Shown one piece after another: positions 18,584-29,422 of a stretch of DNA of 64,000 nt. Under the pieces are notes generated by a model. It had not been told where the DNA came from. It searched no databases and worked only from the letters and a program-made list of their open reading frames with translations. The position numbers and the translations under genes were made by a program. Position 1 is the first letter of the stretch; each line of letters begins with the position of its first letter. Location of the stretch: the NCBI GenBank assembly GCA_963741955.1, contig CAVUKB010000010.1, positions 128,001-192,000 on the forward strand, written 5' to 3'. Origin of the DNA: an uncultured Acidobacteriota bacterium (GTDB lineage Bacteria > Acidobacteriota > Thermoanaerobaculia > Gp7-AA8).

Positions 18584-19495
18584 CTATGGCGACCGGCGGG
18601 TCAAAAATTCCAGGATCGTCTCGACCGCTCTATCCACCCCGTCAGTCACGTCGATCCAGCGGACTCCCGGCTCCGAGCGAAACCAGGTCATCTGTCGCTT
18701 CGCGTAAGCGCGGGTCCGCCGCTTCGTTTCTTCGACCGCTTCGCCGATGGAGATCTCTCCGCGAAGGTGCCGTACGGCTTCCCGGTAGCCGATCGTCCCG
18801 AACGGGCGTACGTCCTCCGGATATCTTTCGAGGAGCCTGCGTGTCTCTTCGACCAGGCCGGCTGCGTACATCGCGTCGACCCGGGCATCGAGCCGTTGTA
18901 CGAGCAAGGGTCGCGGAAGTGAGAGAACGAATTTCAACGAGGGGATCACTTCTGCCCCTGCGACGGGAGGAGTCCACGAAGAGATCGGCCTGCCGGCGGT
19001 GATCCAGACTTCGAGTGCGCGCTCGACACGATGCCGGTCGTGTGGAGAGATTCGCGACGCCGAGAGAGGATCGACCCGCGAGAGCCAGCGGTGAAGCCGC
19101 TGTGCTCCTCGGTGCCGCGTCTGCAGCTTTCGGAGACGTGACCTGACCCCCTCGTTGCGTGGCGGCATCTCGGGAAGGCCGCTGAGGAGAGCGCGAAGAT
19201 AGAAGCCGGTGCCACCGACCAGAATCGGACGCCGGCCTCGGGATAGGATGTCCGCACAGACGGTCCGGGCGACGTGTGCGTAATCGGCGGCGCTGAACGT
19301 CTCGTCGGCATCGACGAGGTCGAAGAGGTGGTGCGGAACAGTCAGACGTGTCGCTGTGTCCGGCTTCGCACTGCCGATGTCGAAACCGCGATAGAGCTGG
19401 ACCGAATCGTAGTTGACGATCTCGCCCTCGACTCGGGCGCCGAGGCGAATCCCCGTTTCCGATTTTCCCACTCCGGTCGGGCCGGCGAGGACCAC
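18584..19495 (-). CDS. miaA: tRNA dimethylallyltransferase
   Basis: GPTGVGKS, DSVQLYRGFDIGSAKP, VGGTGFY, RALEV, IGYRE, YAKRQMTWF; exact start uncertain. Confidence 0.96.
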   Translation of the reverse strand: MVLAGPTGVGKSETGIRLGARVEGEIVNYDSVQLYRGFDIGSAKPDTATRLTVPHHLFDLVDADETFSAADYAHVARTVCADILSRGRRPILVGGTGFYLRALLSGLPEMPPRNEGVRSRLRKLQTRHRGAQRLHRWLSRVDPLSASRISPHDRHRVERALEVWITAGRPISSWTPPVAGAEVIPSLKFVLSLPRPLLVQRLDARVDAMYAAGLVEETRRLLERYPEDVRPFGTIGYREAVRHLRGEISIGEAVEETKRRTRAYAKRQMTWFRSEPGVRWIDVTDGVDRAVETILEFLTRRSP

Positions 19496-19511
19496 CAGAG
19501 ATTTTTCGGAG

Positions 19512-19844
19512 TCAGCGGTCTCGTCCGGGTCTGATGTCGTGGTTCCGATCGTGCTCCTCCTCGAGGATGCTCCGCAGGTGAGTGCGGCAGTACATCTCCC
19601 CCCGTCGAATCGGACGCCGGCAGACCACGCAACGGCTTCGCGTTCCCGGCTTGAAGATGCGGTCGATCACCTGCAGGATGAGTCCGAGGACGACCAGTGC
19701 GACGCCGAACAGACCAGCCCAGGTGAGCATACTCACAGGGAGGAACTCGAGCAGAGGCGCATTGCTGGTCAGGTCGCGGACGAGAAAAAGCACCGCGACG
19801 ATCAGCGTCACCCACAGACCGGCCCACAGAAGCAGCGTCGACAT
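19512..19844 (-). CDS. Small two-TM membrane protein with a C-terminal zinc-ribbon-like motif
   Basis: Two hydrophobic segments, then CVVC-x9-YCRTH; sits in operon order between comEC and miaA. Confidence 0.65.
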   Translation of the reverse strand: MSTLLLWAGLWVTLIVAVLFLVRDLTSNAPLLEFLPVSMLTWAGLFGVALVVLGLILQVIDRIFKPGTRSRCVVCRRPIRRGEMYCRTHLRSILEEEHDRNHDIRPGRDR

Positions 19845-19863
19845 TCGCTCTTGTGAACCGATC

Positions 19864-22164
19864 TTATGGCTCGGTGAGACGGGTGTCAATTTCCCGGCTG
19901 ACGAAGAGAGCGTTCACCCGAACCGCGATGCGGATGGTGCCGCCCGTGTCGGTGCGGAACAGCCGGATCTCACTCGCCGCGAGCCTCTTCGTCACCTCCC
20001 GGTGCGGATGGCCGAAGAGATTGTTCCTGCCACAGGAAATGACCGCGATCGCAGGATGAACGCGACGGAGCATCGCCGTTCCGGTGGAGCTCCGGCTTCC
20101 GTGGTGAGCGATCTTCAGGACGTCGGCCGAGAAGTCGATGGGCCGTCGGAGGAGGTCGTCTTCCGCTTCATGTTCAATGTCTCCGCTGAGGAGGAAATGC
20201 CGCCGTCCGGTGCCGACGCGAAAGACGATCGACGAGTTGTTCTCGAACGCTCGTTTGAACCGTCTGTCTGCGCTGTGGGCCTCGAACCAGAATTCGCCGA
20301 CCGGGAATCGGTCGCCATCGTGGACCGCGCGAACCGGTACGGCGCGACTGGCGGCTGCATCCGTGAGGGCGTGACCACAGGGGAACGAGACGTGTCGTGG
20401 CGAGATGAGGATCTCTCCGACATCGAGATCGCGGATCACTGCAGGGAGCCCTCCACAATGGTCCGGATGCGGATGCGAGAGAGCGACCACGTCGAGATGC
20501 CGGACTCCGCGATCCAGCAGAAGCGGGAGGAGTCGCCGCTCCCCGAATTCATCGTCCCCGGGATGACCTCCTCCGTCGACGAGAATCGCGTGGCGACCGG
20601 AGCGGAGGAGAATCGCGTCGCCCTGACCGACGTCGAGAAACTCGATCTGCGCCGCGTCCACGCTGCCGCGTGCGTGAGAGAGGAGAAGAGTCGCGACAAG
20701 CGGGATCAGGAGGGGGAGCGGTACGAGGGCTCCGGCTTTTCGGCGGGTGGCGAGAAGCGCGACGAGAAGAAATGCGATCACGATCAGAAAGGCCGGAGGT
20801 GCCAGAGCGACCTGGTGGAGCCTCAGCGTCGTCGACACGAATTCGTTTCCGACAGTCGCACAGTGATCGAGTAACCCGATCAGATCGAGCGAGCTTCGTG
20901 CGAGCGGTGCGTAGGCGAAGGATCCTGCGGCCGCGGCTGCGGAGAGGAGCATCATCGCCATCAGAACCGGTCCGAGCAGGATGGTGAAGAGAGCACTCCC
21001 GATCACGAACTGGTGGAAGTAAAAGAGAGTGAGAGGGGTGGTGCTGAGCTCCGCCCCTGCGCCGTAGAGCAGTGCGGAAGTCAGCCGCCGTCGCGGCTCG
21101 AGCCATTGATGGAGCGCTCCGCCGACGAGAATCAGCCCTCCCGTCGCGCCGTAGGTGAGCGCAAAGCCTGCGTCCGTGAGCTCTCCTGGAACCGCGATGA
21201 GACGGATCAGAGCCGAGACGAACAGCAGGTTGCGCGTCGAGGTGGGGCGCCGAAGGAGACGGGAGAGCGCATACAAGCCGAGCATCCACGCCGAGCGAGC
21301 AACGGATGGTTCATTTCCTGCGAACGACGGTGCGAGGAGAGCGATGCACAACAACACGAAGTCGGCCGATCGCCGTGCTCCCGCGAAACGCAGCAGGATC
21401 GTCAGCAGTGCCGCGGCCACTGCGATGTGCATCCCGGAGAAGACGAGAAGGTGGTACGTTCCTCCGCGCCTGTAGCTCCGTTTCGTCTGAAGAGAGAGAG
21501 CGTCTTTCCGTCCCAGGAGGAGCGCCTTCGCGAGCGCGACCGATTCCCGCCGTCGCGCCGAGTCGGCAAAGCGGTCGAGTCGTCTTCCGATGGCGCGGTT
21601 CCAGGCGGTGGGACTCCACGCCGGAATGGTTTCCTCCAGGTGGACCAGCCGCGGCGACTTCACGTGGAGTGTGATCCGCCCGTCGGGGCTCGTCCGCATC
21701 AGTGCCTCGGCGACTACGCGCCGGTGCGTGACGATGTCGGGCGGAACGCCCGAGAGATAGAGAAAGAGGGGCTCCCGAATGAGCCGCGACTCCCGCCCCT
21801 GGCGGATCTCGACGTCACTCAACTCGATGCGGTGCTCGCCGAAGCGCCCCTCGACCCAGTCGTGCTCGATGGTGCCGCGCGCCTGGACGAAGCGGGCCGA
21901 AACGAGCGAGGCGACGAATCGTCTCTCGGCGCGGTGCAGGATCGCTTCGTGATGACCGACGAAGACGCCCGCCACGAACAATGCGACCAGCAGAGAGAGC
22001 GCACAGCGGCGTCTCCGGGCGAGCGCACCGCTGAGAAGAGGAAGGACGACGAGGGCCCCCAGCATCCACGGATACAAGTCGACCGTTTCGCCGGCCACGA
22101 GACCGGCGACATAGATGAAAAGTGCTGCTGCTGCAGGAGTCTCGGCAGTCGTATCACGCGACAC
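19864..22164 (-). CDS. comEC: DNA uptake protein ComEC/Rec2 (competence plus metallo-beta-lactamase domains)
   Basis: [55 protein letters not shown]. Confidence 0.93.
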   Translation of the reverse strand: MSRDTTAETPAAAALFIYVAGLVAGETVDLYPWMLGALVVLPLLSGALARRRRCALSLLVALFVAGVFVGHHEAILHRAERRFVASLVSARFVQARGTIEHDWVEGRFGEHRIELSDVEIRQGRESRLIREPLFLYLSGVPPDIVTHRRVVAEALMRTSPDGRITLHVKSPRLVHLEETIPAWSPTAWNRAIGRRLDRFADSARRRESVALAKALLLGRKDALSLQTKRSYRRGGTYHLLVFSGMHIAVAAALLTILLRFAGARRSADFVLLCIALLAPSFAGNEPSVARSAWMLGLYALSRLLRRPTSTRNLLFVSALIRLIAVPGELTDAGFALTYGATGGLILVGGALHQWLEPRRRLTSALLYGAGAELSTTPLTLFYFHQFVIGSALFTILLGPVLMAMMLLSAAAAAGSFAYAPLARSSLDLIGLLDHCATVGNEFVSTTLRLHQVALAPPAFLIVIAFLLVALLATRRKAGALVPLPLLIPLVATLLLSHARGSVDAAQIEFLDVGQGDAILLRSGRHAILVDGGGHPGDDEFGERRLLPLLLDRGVRHLDVVALSHPHPDHCGGLPAVIRDLDVGEILISPRHVSFPCGHALTDAAASRAVPVRAVHDGDRFPVGEFWFEAHSADRRFKRAFENNSSIVFRVGTGRRHFLLSGDIEHEAEDDLLRRPIDFSADVLKIAHHGSRSSTGTAMLRRVHPAIAVISCGRNNLFGHPHREVTKRLAASEIRLFRTDTGGTIRIAVRVNALFVSREIDTRLTEP

Positions 22165-23347
22165 GCACGAAGGAGGAAAGCGTCTCGATGTGGTGGGTGT
22201 TCGGGAAGAGGTCGACCAGCTCGAGCGAGGAGAGGGACCATCCGGCGCGTCTCAGCCGGGACGCGTCGCGGGCCAAGGTTACCGGATCACACGAAAGATA
22301 ACAAATCGTTCCCCCGTTCATCCCGCCGAGTGCGCTGGTCACCGACTGGTGCAGACCGGCGCGTGGCGGGTCGACCATCACGAAGTCGAAATCGAGCCGA
22401 GTCCGCCGGACGAACTGTTCCACGGTCGTCGAGACCACCTTCGCGTTCCGGCAGCCGTGGAGATTGATCTCGGCCCATCGGTTCGATTCCGCAGAGGCTT
22501 CGACTGCGATCACGCTGTCGAACAGTGTTGCGAGCGGGACCGCGAAGAAGCCGGCTCCGGCGTACAGGTCGGCCGCGCTGCGGCGAGAAGAGATCGCGCC
22601 AGCGAGGTCCATCACCAGCCGGATCAGAGTTCCGAGAAGATGACGATTCACCTGAAAGAACGACGCGGTCGAGATGCGGTAGCTGAACGGATCGACGTGG
22701 ACTTCGACCGGTTCTCCCGTCGACCGGGCCGACGGGTCGACGACCACCAGCTCGTTTCCCGAGTCGAAGACCTCCAGAGTTCCTCCGGCAGTCGACGCAC
22801 CGAAGCGCGAAAGTTCATCGAGATGCCGCAACACGGATGGACTGACGATCTCGCACTCCGCCGGCAGCGGCACGATGCGGTGCGACTCTGCTGCGTAGAA
22901 GCCGATCGCCGGATCGCCATCTCCCGCTGCGTGTATGCGGCTCCGGATGCGGTAGTTCAGCGGAGAAGGATGGATTCTCACCGGAGGGATCTCCGCATCG
23001 GAAAACTTCGCCACGCGCCGGAGCGAGTCGAGGAGGATGCTGCGCTTCGCCCGGAGCTGGGCGTCGAGCCGCAGCTCGGTCCAGTCGCAGCCGCCGCATT
23101 CGGACGCGACCGGACATGGATTGGTGCGCCGCTCGGGTCCCGCGAATCTCAGCTCGCGAAGAACGCCCCTCCCGAATCCGCGCCTGACTTCGGTGACTTC
23201 GACCAGTGCAGTGTCGCCGGGATAGAGTCCTGGGACGAACAACGGGAACCCGTCGATCCGGGCGAGCGCGTCGCCGCCGGCGACGAGCTGTTCCGGATGG
23301 ATTTCGACCAGATCTCCGGGATGTGTGGGTGGAATTCTCTCGGGCAT
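22154..23347 (-). CDS. TRAM-domain class I SAM-dependent RNA m5U methyltransferase (RlmD/TrmA family)
   Basis: TRAM N-terminus, [10 protein letters not shown] Fe-S motif, [39 protein letters not shown]. Confidence 0.92.
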   Translation of the reverse strand: MPERIPPTHPGDLVEIHPEQLVAGGDALARIDGFPLFVPGLYPGDTALVEVTEVRRGFGRGVLRELRFAGPERRTNPCPVASECGGCDWTELRLDAQLRAKRSILLDSLRRVAKFSDAEIPPVRIHPSPLNYRIRSRIHAAGDGDPAIGFYAAESHRIVPLPAECEIVSPSVLRHLDELSRFGASTAGGTLEVFDSGNELVVVDPSARSTGEPVEVHVDPFSYRISTASFFQVNRHLLGTLIRLVMDLAGAISSRRSAADLYAGAGFFAVPLATLFDSVIAVEASAESNRWAEINLHGCRNAKVVSTTVEQFVRRTRLDFDFVMVDPPRAGLHQSVTSALGGMNGGTICYLSCDPVTLARDASRLRRAGWSLSSLELVDLFPNTHHIETLSSFVRVA

Positions 23348-23428
23348 CGGTGCGTCCCTCCGATTCTGTCGATTTTTACCGAATTTTCGATACGCAACCC
23401 CCGGAGGCGTGATAAAAACCCAGCGGCT

Positions 23429-24601
23429 ATGAAAGTACATGAATATCAGGCAAAAGACATTCTCAAAAGATACGGCGTTCCCACGCCTCGTGGGACGGTC
23501 GTAGAAAACCCGATGGCGGCGCGCGAGGCTGCGAAGGAGCTCGGCGGCCGAGTCGTCGTCAAAGCACAGATCCACGCAGGAGGCCGAGGCAAAGGCGGCG
23601 GCGTGAAACTCGCGAACGACGCGGATGAAGCGGCCGAGCTGACGAAGAAAATGCTCGGCATGACTCTGGTGACCCACCAGACCGGCCCGGAGGGGCGGGT
23701 GGTCCGCAAGGTCCTGATCGAAGAAGCGTTGAACATCGACCGCGAGTTGTATCTCGGCATCACTCTGGATCGACGGATCGGAAAGCCGGTGGTGATGGCC
23801 TCCGCTCAGGGCGGCATGGAGATCGAAGAAGTCGCCGCACGCGATCCGAAGGCGATCTATCGTGAGCCGGTGGATGGAGTTCTCGGAATCCAGCCTTTCC
23901 AGGCGAAGAAGATCGCTCTGGCACTCGGACTGGAAGGCGACGCGTACAAGAAGTGCGTGAGCTTCGTCCAGAAGTTGATGAAGGCGTACATCGAGATGGA
24001 CGCCTCTCTCGCGGAGATCAATCCCCTTCTGGTTACGAAGGAAGGGAACGTCGTCGCGCTCGACTGCAAGATGAACTTCGACGACAACGCGATGTTCCGC
24101 CACAAGGATGTGGCCGAGATGCGCGATCTTTACGAAGAAGATCCGCTGGAAGTCGAGGCTTCGAAGTTCGGGCTCAACTACATCAAGCTCGACGGAAACG
24201 TCGGTTGCATGGTCAATGGTGCGGGCCTCGCCATGGCGACCATGGACATCATCAAGCTCGCTGGCGGAGAACCGGCGAACTTTCTCGACGTCGGCGGCGG
24301 AGCCAATGCCGAGCAGGTGAAGAACGCCTTCCAGATCATTCTGAGTGATCAGAATGTGAAGGCGATCCTGATCAACATCTTCGGCGGAATCATGCGGTGC
24401 GACCGCATCGCCGAAGGAGTGGTCGAAGCCTCGAAAGAAGTCGGGCTCCCGGTGCCGGTCGTCGTCCGTCTCGAAGGGACGAACGTCGACCTCGGTAAGG
24501 AGATCCTGGCGAAATCGGGCCTGAATCTGATCAGCGCCGACGGGATGGAAGATGCTGCCCGCAAGGTGGTCGACGCCGCGGGTGGCGCCGCCAAGGCCTG
24601 A
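23429..24601 (+). CDS. sucC: Succinyl-CoA ligase beta subunit
   Basis: [55 protein letters not shown]. Confidence 0.98.
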   Translation: MKVHEYQAKDILKRYGVPTPRGTVVENPMAAREAAKELGGRVVVKAQIHAGGRGKGGGVKLANDADEAAELTKKMLGMTLVTHQTGPEGRVVRKVLIEEALNIDRELYLGITLDRRIGKPVVMASAQGGMEIEEVAARDPKAIYREPVDGVLGIQPFQAKKIALALGLEGDAYKKCVSFVQKLMKAYIEMDASLAEINPLLVTKEGNVVALDCKMNFDDNAMFRHKDVAEMRDLYEEDPLEVEASKFGLNYIKLDGNVGCMVNGAGLAMATMDIIKLAGGEPANFLDVGGGANAEQVKNAFQIILSDQNVKAILINIFGGIMRCDRIAEGVVEASKEVGLPVPVVVRLEGTNVDLGKEILAKSGLNLISADGMEDAARKVVDAAGGAAKA

Positions 24602-24623
24602 GAACGACCGACTGGAGACGTGA

Positions 24624-25520
24624 ATGGCAATCTGGGCTGACAAGACGACGCGGGTGGTCGTACAGGGGATCACCGGCAAGGAAGGTACGTTTCACGCGAT
24701 CCAATGCCGCGACTACGGAACGAACATCGTGGGCGGTGTCACCCCCGGAAAAGGGGGAACGACACATGAGGGATTCGCCGTCTTCAATACGGTGGAAGAT
24801 GCGAAGAACCAGACCGGCGCGAACTGCGCTCTGATTTTCGTGCCTCCACCGTTCGCCGGAGATGCGGTGATGGAAGCCACCGAAGCGGGGATGGATCTGA
24901 TCGTCTGCGTGACGGAGGGGATTCCGGTCAACGACATGATCCGGGCGCATGATTTTCTGGCGAAGGCGAATGCCGCACGACCGGAGGGGAAAGAGATCCG
25001 GCTGATCGGTCCGAACTGTCCGGGAATCATCACTCCCGACCAGGCGAAGATCGGGATCATGCCGGGACACATCCACAAGGCGGGGCCGATCGGGATCGTT
25101 TCCCGCTCCGGAACGCTGACCTACGAAGCGGTCGGTCAGCTCAGCCGCCGCGACATCGGTCAGTCGACGGCGGTCGGAATCGGCGGGGACCCTCTTCCAG
25201 GGACGAACTTCATCGACTGCCTCCGTGCCTTCCAGGCGGATCCGGAGACGGAAGCGATCGTGATGATCGGCGAGATCGGAGGGTCGGCCGAAGAAGACGC
25301 CGCAGCCTTCGTGAAGGCGAACGTGACGAAACCGGTGGTCGCGTTCATCGCGGGACAGACCGCGCCTCCGGGCCGGCGGATGGGACATGCCGGCGCGATC
25401 ATCAGCGGAGGAAAGGGAACCGCGAAGGAGAAGATGGAAGCGCTCAGCGCGGCCGGCATTCACGTGGTGAAGTCTCCTGCGGATCTCGGTTCGAAGATCG
25501 TCGAAGTCTGGAAGAAGTAG
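24624..25520 (+). CDS. sucD: Succinyl-CoA ligase alpha subunit
   Basis: [34 protein letters not shown]. Confidence 0.98.
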   Translation: MAIWADKTTRVVVQGITGKEGTFHAIQCRDYGTNIVGGVTPGKGGTTHEGFAVFNTVEDAKNQTGANCALIFVPPPFAGDAVMEATEAGMDLIVCVTEGIPVNDMIRAHDFLAKANAARPEGKEIRLIGPNCPGIITPDQAKIGIMPGHIHKAGPIGIVSRSGTLTYEAVGQLSRRDIGQSTAVGIGGDPLPGTNFIDCLRAFQADPETEAIVMIGEIGGSAEEDAAAFVKANVTKPVVAFIAGQTAPPGRRMGHAGAIISGGKGTAKEKMEALSAAGIHVVKSPADLGSKIVEVWKK

Positions 25521-25588
25521 GCCTTCGGTCGCGATCGACCGGCGCAGCTTTCCAGGTCATCGCGGAATCCGACGACTGCGTGATCGCC

Positions 25589-25627
25589 CCCGCCATTCGA
25601 TGATTTCAGAGTTGTTCGAATGGCGGG
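25589..25627. terminator. Hairpin downstream of sucD (12-bp perfect stem, no U-tract)
   Basis: cccgccattcga ... tcgaatggcggg. Confidence 0.4.
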
Positions 25628-25660
25628 CGGCGGCGCGGGACGATACGAGGAAAGTGGAGT

Positions 25661-26338
25661 ATGGCAACGCCGCTCACGGTTCCGGGAACGCCGTCCCGTG
25701 GATGGCTCGTGCTGATCGGGGGAGGAGAATTCTCGTTCGGCGAGACCGAGGAGATCGACCGGTTTCTGCTCGGAAAGCTGCCTCCGGACCGGCGGCGCAT
25801 TGCGTTCCTCCCGACTGCGTCCGGCTCGACCGAGTACGCGCGTCACTTCGCCGCGTACGTCCACGGTCTCGACCCCGAGGTGGAGGTTCTGAACGTCCCG
25901 GTGTACCGCGGTCGAGATGCCCGCCGGGGCAGAAATCTGGAATGGATCTCCGAAGCCGGGATGGTGTACGCGGGCGGTGGAATCGTCAACCGGTTCCTCT
26001 TCACCATCCGGGAATCACCCGCGGAGGAAGCGATGCGCGCAGTGCTCGACGGAGGAGGCATCGTCGCCGCCATCGGCGCGGCCGCATCCGCGTTCGGCGC
26101 CGTCTGTCGCGACATGGAAGGCCGCGAGCCCTGGCTGGAGGGGCTGGACTGGATTTCGGACAGCGTCATAGAGACCTCGTTCGAACCGGCTGACGACACC
26201 GGACTGCGACGGCTGGTATCCCTCCCACGAATCCAGATGGGGTTCGGCATCCCGGCAGGGATGGCTCTGGCGATCGCTCCGGACCGGAGCGGCGAGATCG
26301 TGGGTAGCGGTTCGCTGGCCGTGGTCCGCAAACCCTGA
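25661..26338 (+). CDS. Cyanophycinase/peptidase S51-fold protein lacking the catalytic residues
   Basis: LVLIGGGE, IAFLPTAS, YAGGG, EGLDW and VGSGS motifs of S51; nucleophile elbow reads AIGAAA rather than GxSAG. Confidence 0.75.
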   Translation: MATPLTVPGTPSRGWLVLIGGGEFSFGETEEIDRFLLGKLPPDRRRIAFLPTASGSTEYARHFAAYVHGLDPEVEVLNVPVYRGRDARRGRNLEWISEAGMVYAGGGIVNRFLFTIRESPAEEAMRAVLDGGGIVAAIGAAASAFGAVCRDMEGREPWLEGLDWISDSVIETSFEPADDTGLRRLVSLPRIQMGFGIPAGMALAIAPDRSGEIVGSGSLAVVRKP

Positions 26339-26453
26339 ACTCCGCATCTTTCCCGGAGCGTGGTGCCACCGACTTCACCGCCCCGCGTCGAAAATCGCGG
26401 AGCGTGATCGTCCGAATCCAGGGGCGTCAAGGTGCTACGATGAGTGCTTCACC

Positions 26454-28658
26454 ATGATGTCCAGGCCGTTTTCGAGACAGACGGCAGCTGCGGCTGCTGA
26501 AGCGCAGCTCGACTCCCGGCGACGAGTGGTCATAGTCGATCTCGTCCAGGGCGTGATCGGGCTCGGCGCGCTGCTCGTCGTCACGATCCTTCGATTCCCA
26601 GAGGCGCGGAAACTTCTCGCCGAGCTCGGATCCGACGCATGGATTCTGATCCTGATCTTTTTTCTCTTTGCTTCCGTGTTGCAGATGCTGAAGTTCGAGC
26701 TGACGAATCTGGTGTTCGTCTCCCTGAGTCTCACCGCCTACATCGCGATGTATCCCATCCTGGGAATGACTCTCTCCGCGTGGATCGCGGTCGCTGCCGC
26801 GATGATCACCCGCTTTCTCGGAATCAAGCAGATCGGACCGGTGAAGATCGACGTGAGCGATCCGTTGATCGAGTACCTCAACGTTTTCCGGCTTTTCGCG
26901 ACATATGGGATCCCGGTGATGATCGGGGCATGGCTGTACGAATTTCTCGGCGGGAGCGTCCCGGTCGGTGAGATCTCCCTTGCCGAGATCTCACGCCTGA
27001 CGGTCTGCTCACTGGTGGTGATTGCAGCAAACAGTTTTCTGATGGATCGCGTGATGGCTGCGTGGGGATATACCGCCGACCGCCGGGTCACTCTGATCGC
27101 GACCGACAGCTCCATTTATCTCCTCACGCTCCCGTACGCGATCACCATGACCCTTGCTTATCGGGGAATGGGTTGGGGGGCGGTGCTCGCGCTGGCATTC
27201 ACCGGAATCGTGGCGAATCTGGTGGCCCGAAATCTCGCCGCGACGAGAACAGAGTCGCGGGTGCAACTCCAGCGTCTCGCGTCACTGTCGAATATCGGGA
27301 AGACCATTTCGCTCCGCTTTACGACCGAGGAGCTCCTGACCACCATCTACACCGAGTGCCGGAAAGTCGTGGATGTGTCGCTCTTCAGCATCGCGCTCTT
27401 CGACGAACAGACGAACGAGCTTTGCTTCGAGCTGGACATCCGGGATGACACGGTCCTGCCGAAAGATCGGATTTCGATGGGAGAGGGGCTGAACTCGTGG
27501 GTGATCACGAACCACCGGCCGCTGCTTCTCGGAAGCGTGAAGGAGGAGCGGCAGCTGGGGCTGCAGTCGCTCGAAGACGGCAAACCGACCGAATCGTGGC
27601 TCGGAGTACCGATGATCGCGCGAGACCGTGCGATCGGGGTCATCTCGATCCAGAGCTATCGCAAGCATGCGTTCAACCACGACGACGTTCTGCTGCTCAC
27701 TTCGATCGCCAATCAGGCCGCGGTCGCGCTCGAGAATGCGAACCTGTACAAAGATCTGGAAGGATTGACCTACGCTCTCGAGCAGAGGGTCCTCGACCGG
27801 ACCAACGAACTGCGCGAAGCGAACCTGAGGCTTCTCGCGGCCGATCGCTCGAAGAGCCAGTTCCTGGCGAACATGAGCCATGAGCTGAGGACTCCTCTGA
27901 ACTCCGTGATCGGTTTTTCGAGCGTGCTGCTCGACAACACCGAGCCGGTCCTCCCGTCGAGGTTGTACAAGTTTCTGGAGAACATCCGGACCGCTGGAAA
28001 TCACCTGCTCGAGCTGATCAACGACATCCTCGACCTGTCGAAGATCGAAGCGGGCAAGATGGAATTGCGCCCCGAATGGTTCGAGATCCGCGACACGGTC
28101 GCCTCGGTCGAACGGGTGATGCGTGGTCTAGCCGCCGAAGCGGGCGTCTCGCTCAAGACGACCGTGGAGACGACGGTTCCGCTGGTCCGGCTCGACGAAG
28201 GACGAGTGAAGCAGATCCTCTTCAATCTCCTCTCGAACGCGGTGAAATTCTCGCCTGGAGGTGGCCCCGTCGAGCTGGAAGTGGCACGCGTCGATGCCGA
28301 CGCATCGCCGCTCGAGATGTCCTCGATCCGGATGGTCGTCCGCGACCACGGCATCGGGATCGACGCCGAACACCTGGCCAGGATCTTCGACGAGTTCTAT
28401 CAGACCGACGAAGGGCGGAAGACCCGGAAGGGGGGGACCGGTCTCGGTCTCTCGCTGACGCGGAGTTTCGTCGAGCTCCATCACGGAGAGATCGAAGTTC
28501 AGTCGCAACTCGGCAAAGGGTCGACGTTCCGGATGGTGCTCCCGGTCGATTACTACGAAGCGGCGGCGGCTCGCGGTTCCATTCCGTCTCGATCGAGCTC
28601 CTCGCCGCGTTCTGCGGTCGGCGACGTCGCGCTCGGAGAGATGCCGGTCCGTCACTGA
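26454..28658 (+). CDS. Membrane sensor histidine kinase (multi-TM, GAF, HisKA, HATPase)
   Basis: About 7-8 TM segments, GAF (SWLGVPM..IGVISIQS), FLANMSHELRTPL, NLLSNAVKF, DHGIGI, GGTGLGL. Confidence 0.93.
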   Translation: MMSRPFSRQTAAAAAEAQLDSRRRVVIVDLVQGVIGLGALLVVTILRFPEARKLLAELGSDAWILILIFFLFASVLQMLKFELTNLVFVSLSLTAYIAMYPILGMTLSAWIAVAAAMITRFLGIKQIGPVKIDVSDPLIEYLNVFRLFATYGIPVMIGAWLYEFLGGSVPVGEISLAEISRLTVCSLVVIAANSFLMDRVMAAWGYTADRRVTLIATDSSIYLLTLPYAITMTLAYRGMGWGAVLALAFTGIVANLVARNLAATRTESRVQLQRLASLSNIGKTISLRFTTEELLTTIYTECRKVVDVSLFSIALFDEQTNELCFELDIRDDTVLPKDRISMGEGLNSWVITNHRPLLLGSVKEERQLGLQSLEDGKPTESWLGVPMIARDRAIGVISIQSYRKHAFNHDDVLLLTSIANQAAVALENANLYKDLEGLTYALEQRVLDRTNELREANLRLLAADRSKSQFLANMSHELRTPLNSVIGFSSVLLDNTEPVLPSRLYKFLENIRTAGNHLLELINDILDLSKIEAGKMELRPEWFEIRDTVASVERVMRGLAAEAGVSLKTTVETTVPLVRLDEGRVKQILFNLLSNAVKFSPGGGPVELEVARVDADASPLEMSSIRMVVRDHGIGIDAEHLARIFDEFYQTDEGRKTRKGGTGLGLSLTRSFVELHHGEIEVQSQLGKGSTFRMVLPVDYYEAAAARGSIPSRSSSSPRSAVGDVALGEMPVRH

Positions 28659-28751
28659 GATCACCCGGCCATACGGATTGATTCGATTTCTGTATAATCC
28701 GCGCCCGCGGTGCCGTGCGGCGGCCGTGAACACTCCATGAAGGATGGTCCC

Positions 28752-29168
28752 ATGTCAGAAAGAACGTTCACCATCGTGAAGCCCGACTCGGTCGAGAAGG
28801 GAAATTTCGGAAGAATCATGGCTAGGCTCGAAGCCGAGGGTTTCAAGGTGATCGGCATCAAGAGGCTGCACCTCAGCCGTCAGCAGGCGGAAGCCTTCTA
28901 CGGCGTACATCGCGAGCGACCCTTCTTCGCGGATCTCGTGCGATACATGACGTCAGGTCCGGTGTTCGTCGCTGCGCTGGAGCGCGCAGATGCGGTTCCG
29001 CATCTGCGAAAGGTGATGGGAGCGACTGATCCGTCCAAAGCCGATCCCGGCACCATCCGGAAAGAGATGGGCGAGTCGATCGAGCGGAATGCGATTCACG
29101 GTTCGGATTCGCCCGAGAACGCCGCGATCGAGATCGGCTTCTTCTTCTCCACGGCGGAGCTGCTGTAA
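28752..29168 (+). CDS. ndk: Nucleoside diphosphate kinase
   Basis: ERTFTIVKPD, MTSGP, GATDP, NAIHGSDS. Confidence 0.97.
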   Translation: MSERTFTIVKPDSVEKGNFGRIMARLEAEGFKVIGIKRLHLSRQQAEAFYGVHRERPFFADLVRYMTSGPVFVAALERADAVPHLRKVMGATDPSKADPGTIRKEMGESIERNAIHGSDSPENAAIEIGFFFSTAELL

Positions 29169-29230
29169 TCCGAGCTTTTTGAGCTTGCGGGGTTCGCGCT
29201 CCGCGCCGGTGGCATTACACTCACTGCAGG

Positions 29231-29422
29231 ATGGACGAACGGCGAGCCCTGACGCTGCGAACGCTTCTCGATCTCGCCGAGGGCTCGTCGCCGACTTCCT
29301 GCTGGGATGATCGTCGAGCCGTGGAGCTGCTGCGGAGCCAGTCGGCGCCGGAGGAGTTGCGGTCGATCGGAGCTGTAGAAGAGATCATCCGATTGATCTG
29401 GCCGGAGGAAGATGGGCGCTGA
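29231..29422 (+). CDS. Small hypothetical protein (63 aa)
   Basis: Fills the gap between ndk and the PTPS gene and overlaps the latter by 11 nt; no recognisable motif. Confidence 0.5.
   Translation: MDERRALTLRTLLDLAEGSSPTSCWDDRRAVELLRSQSAPEELRSIGAVEEIIRLIWPEEDGR

Noticed and set aside
22115-24679. Apparent 828-aa SucC and 841-aa methyltransferase N-terminal fusions
   Set aside because: Each extension is the antisense of the other gene; the real starts are 23429 (+) and 23347 (-).
25661-26338. Assignment as an active cyanophycinase (cphB)
   Set aside because: Catalytic Ser, His and Glu are all apparently replaced, and there is no cphA nearby.
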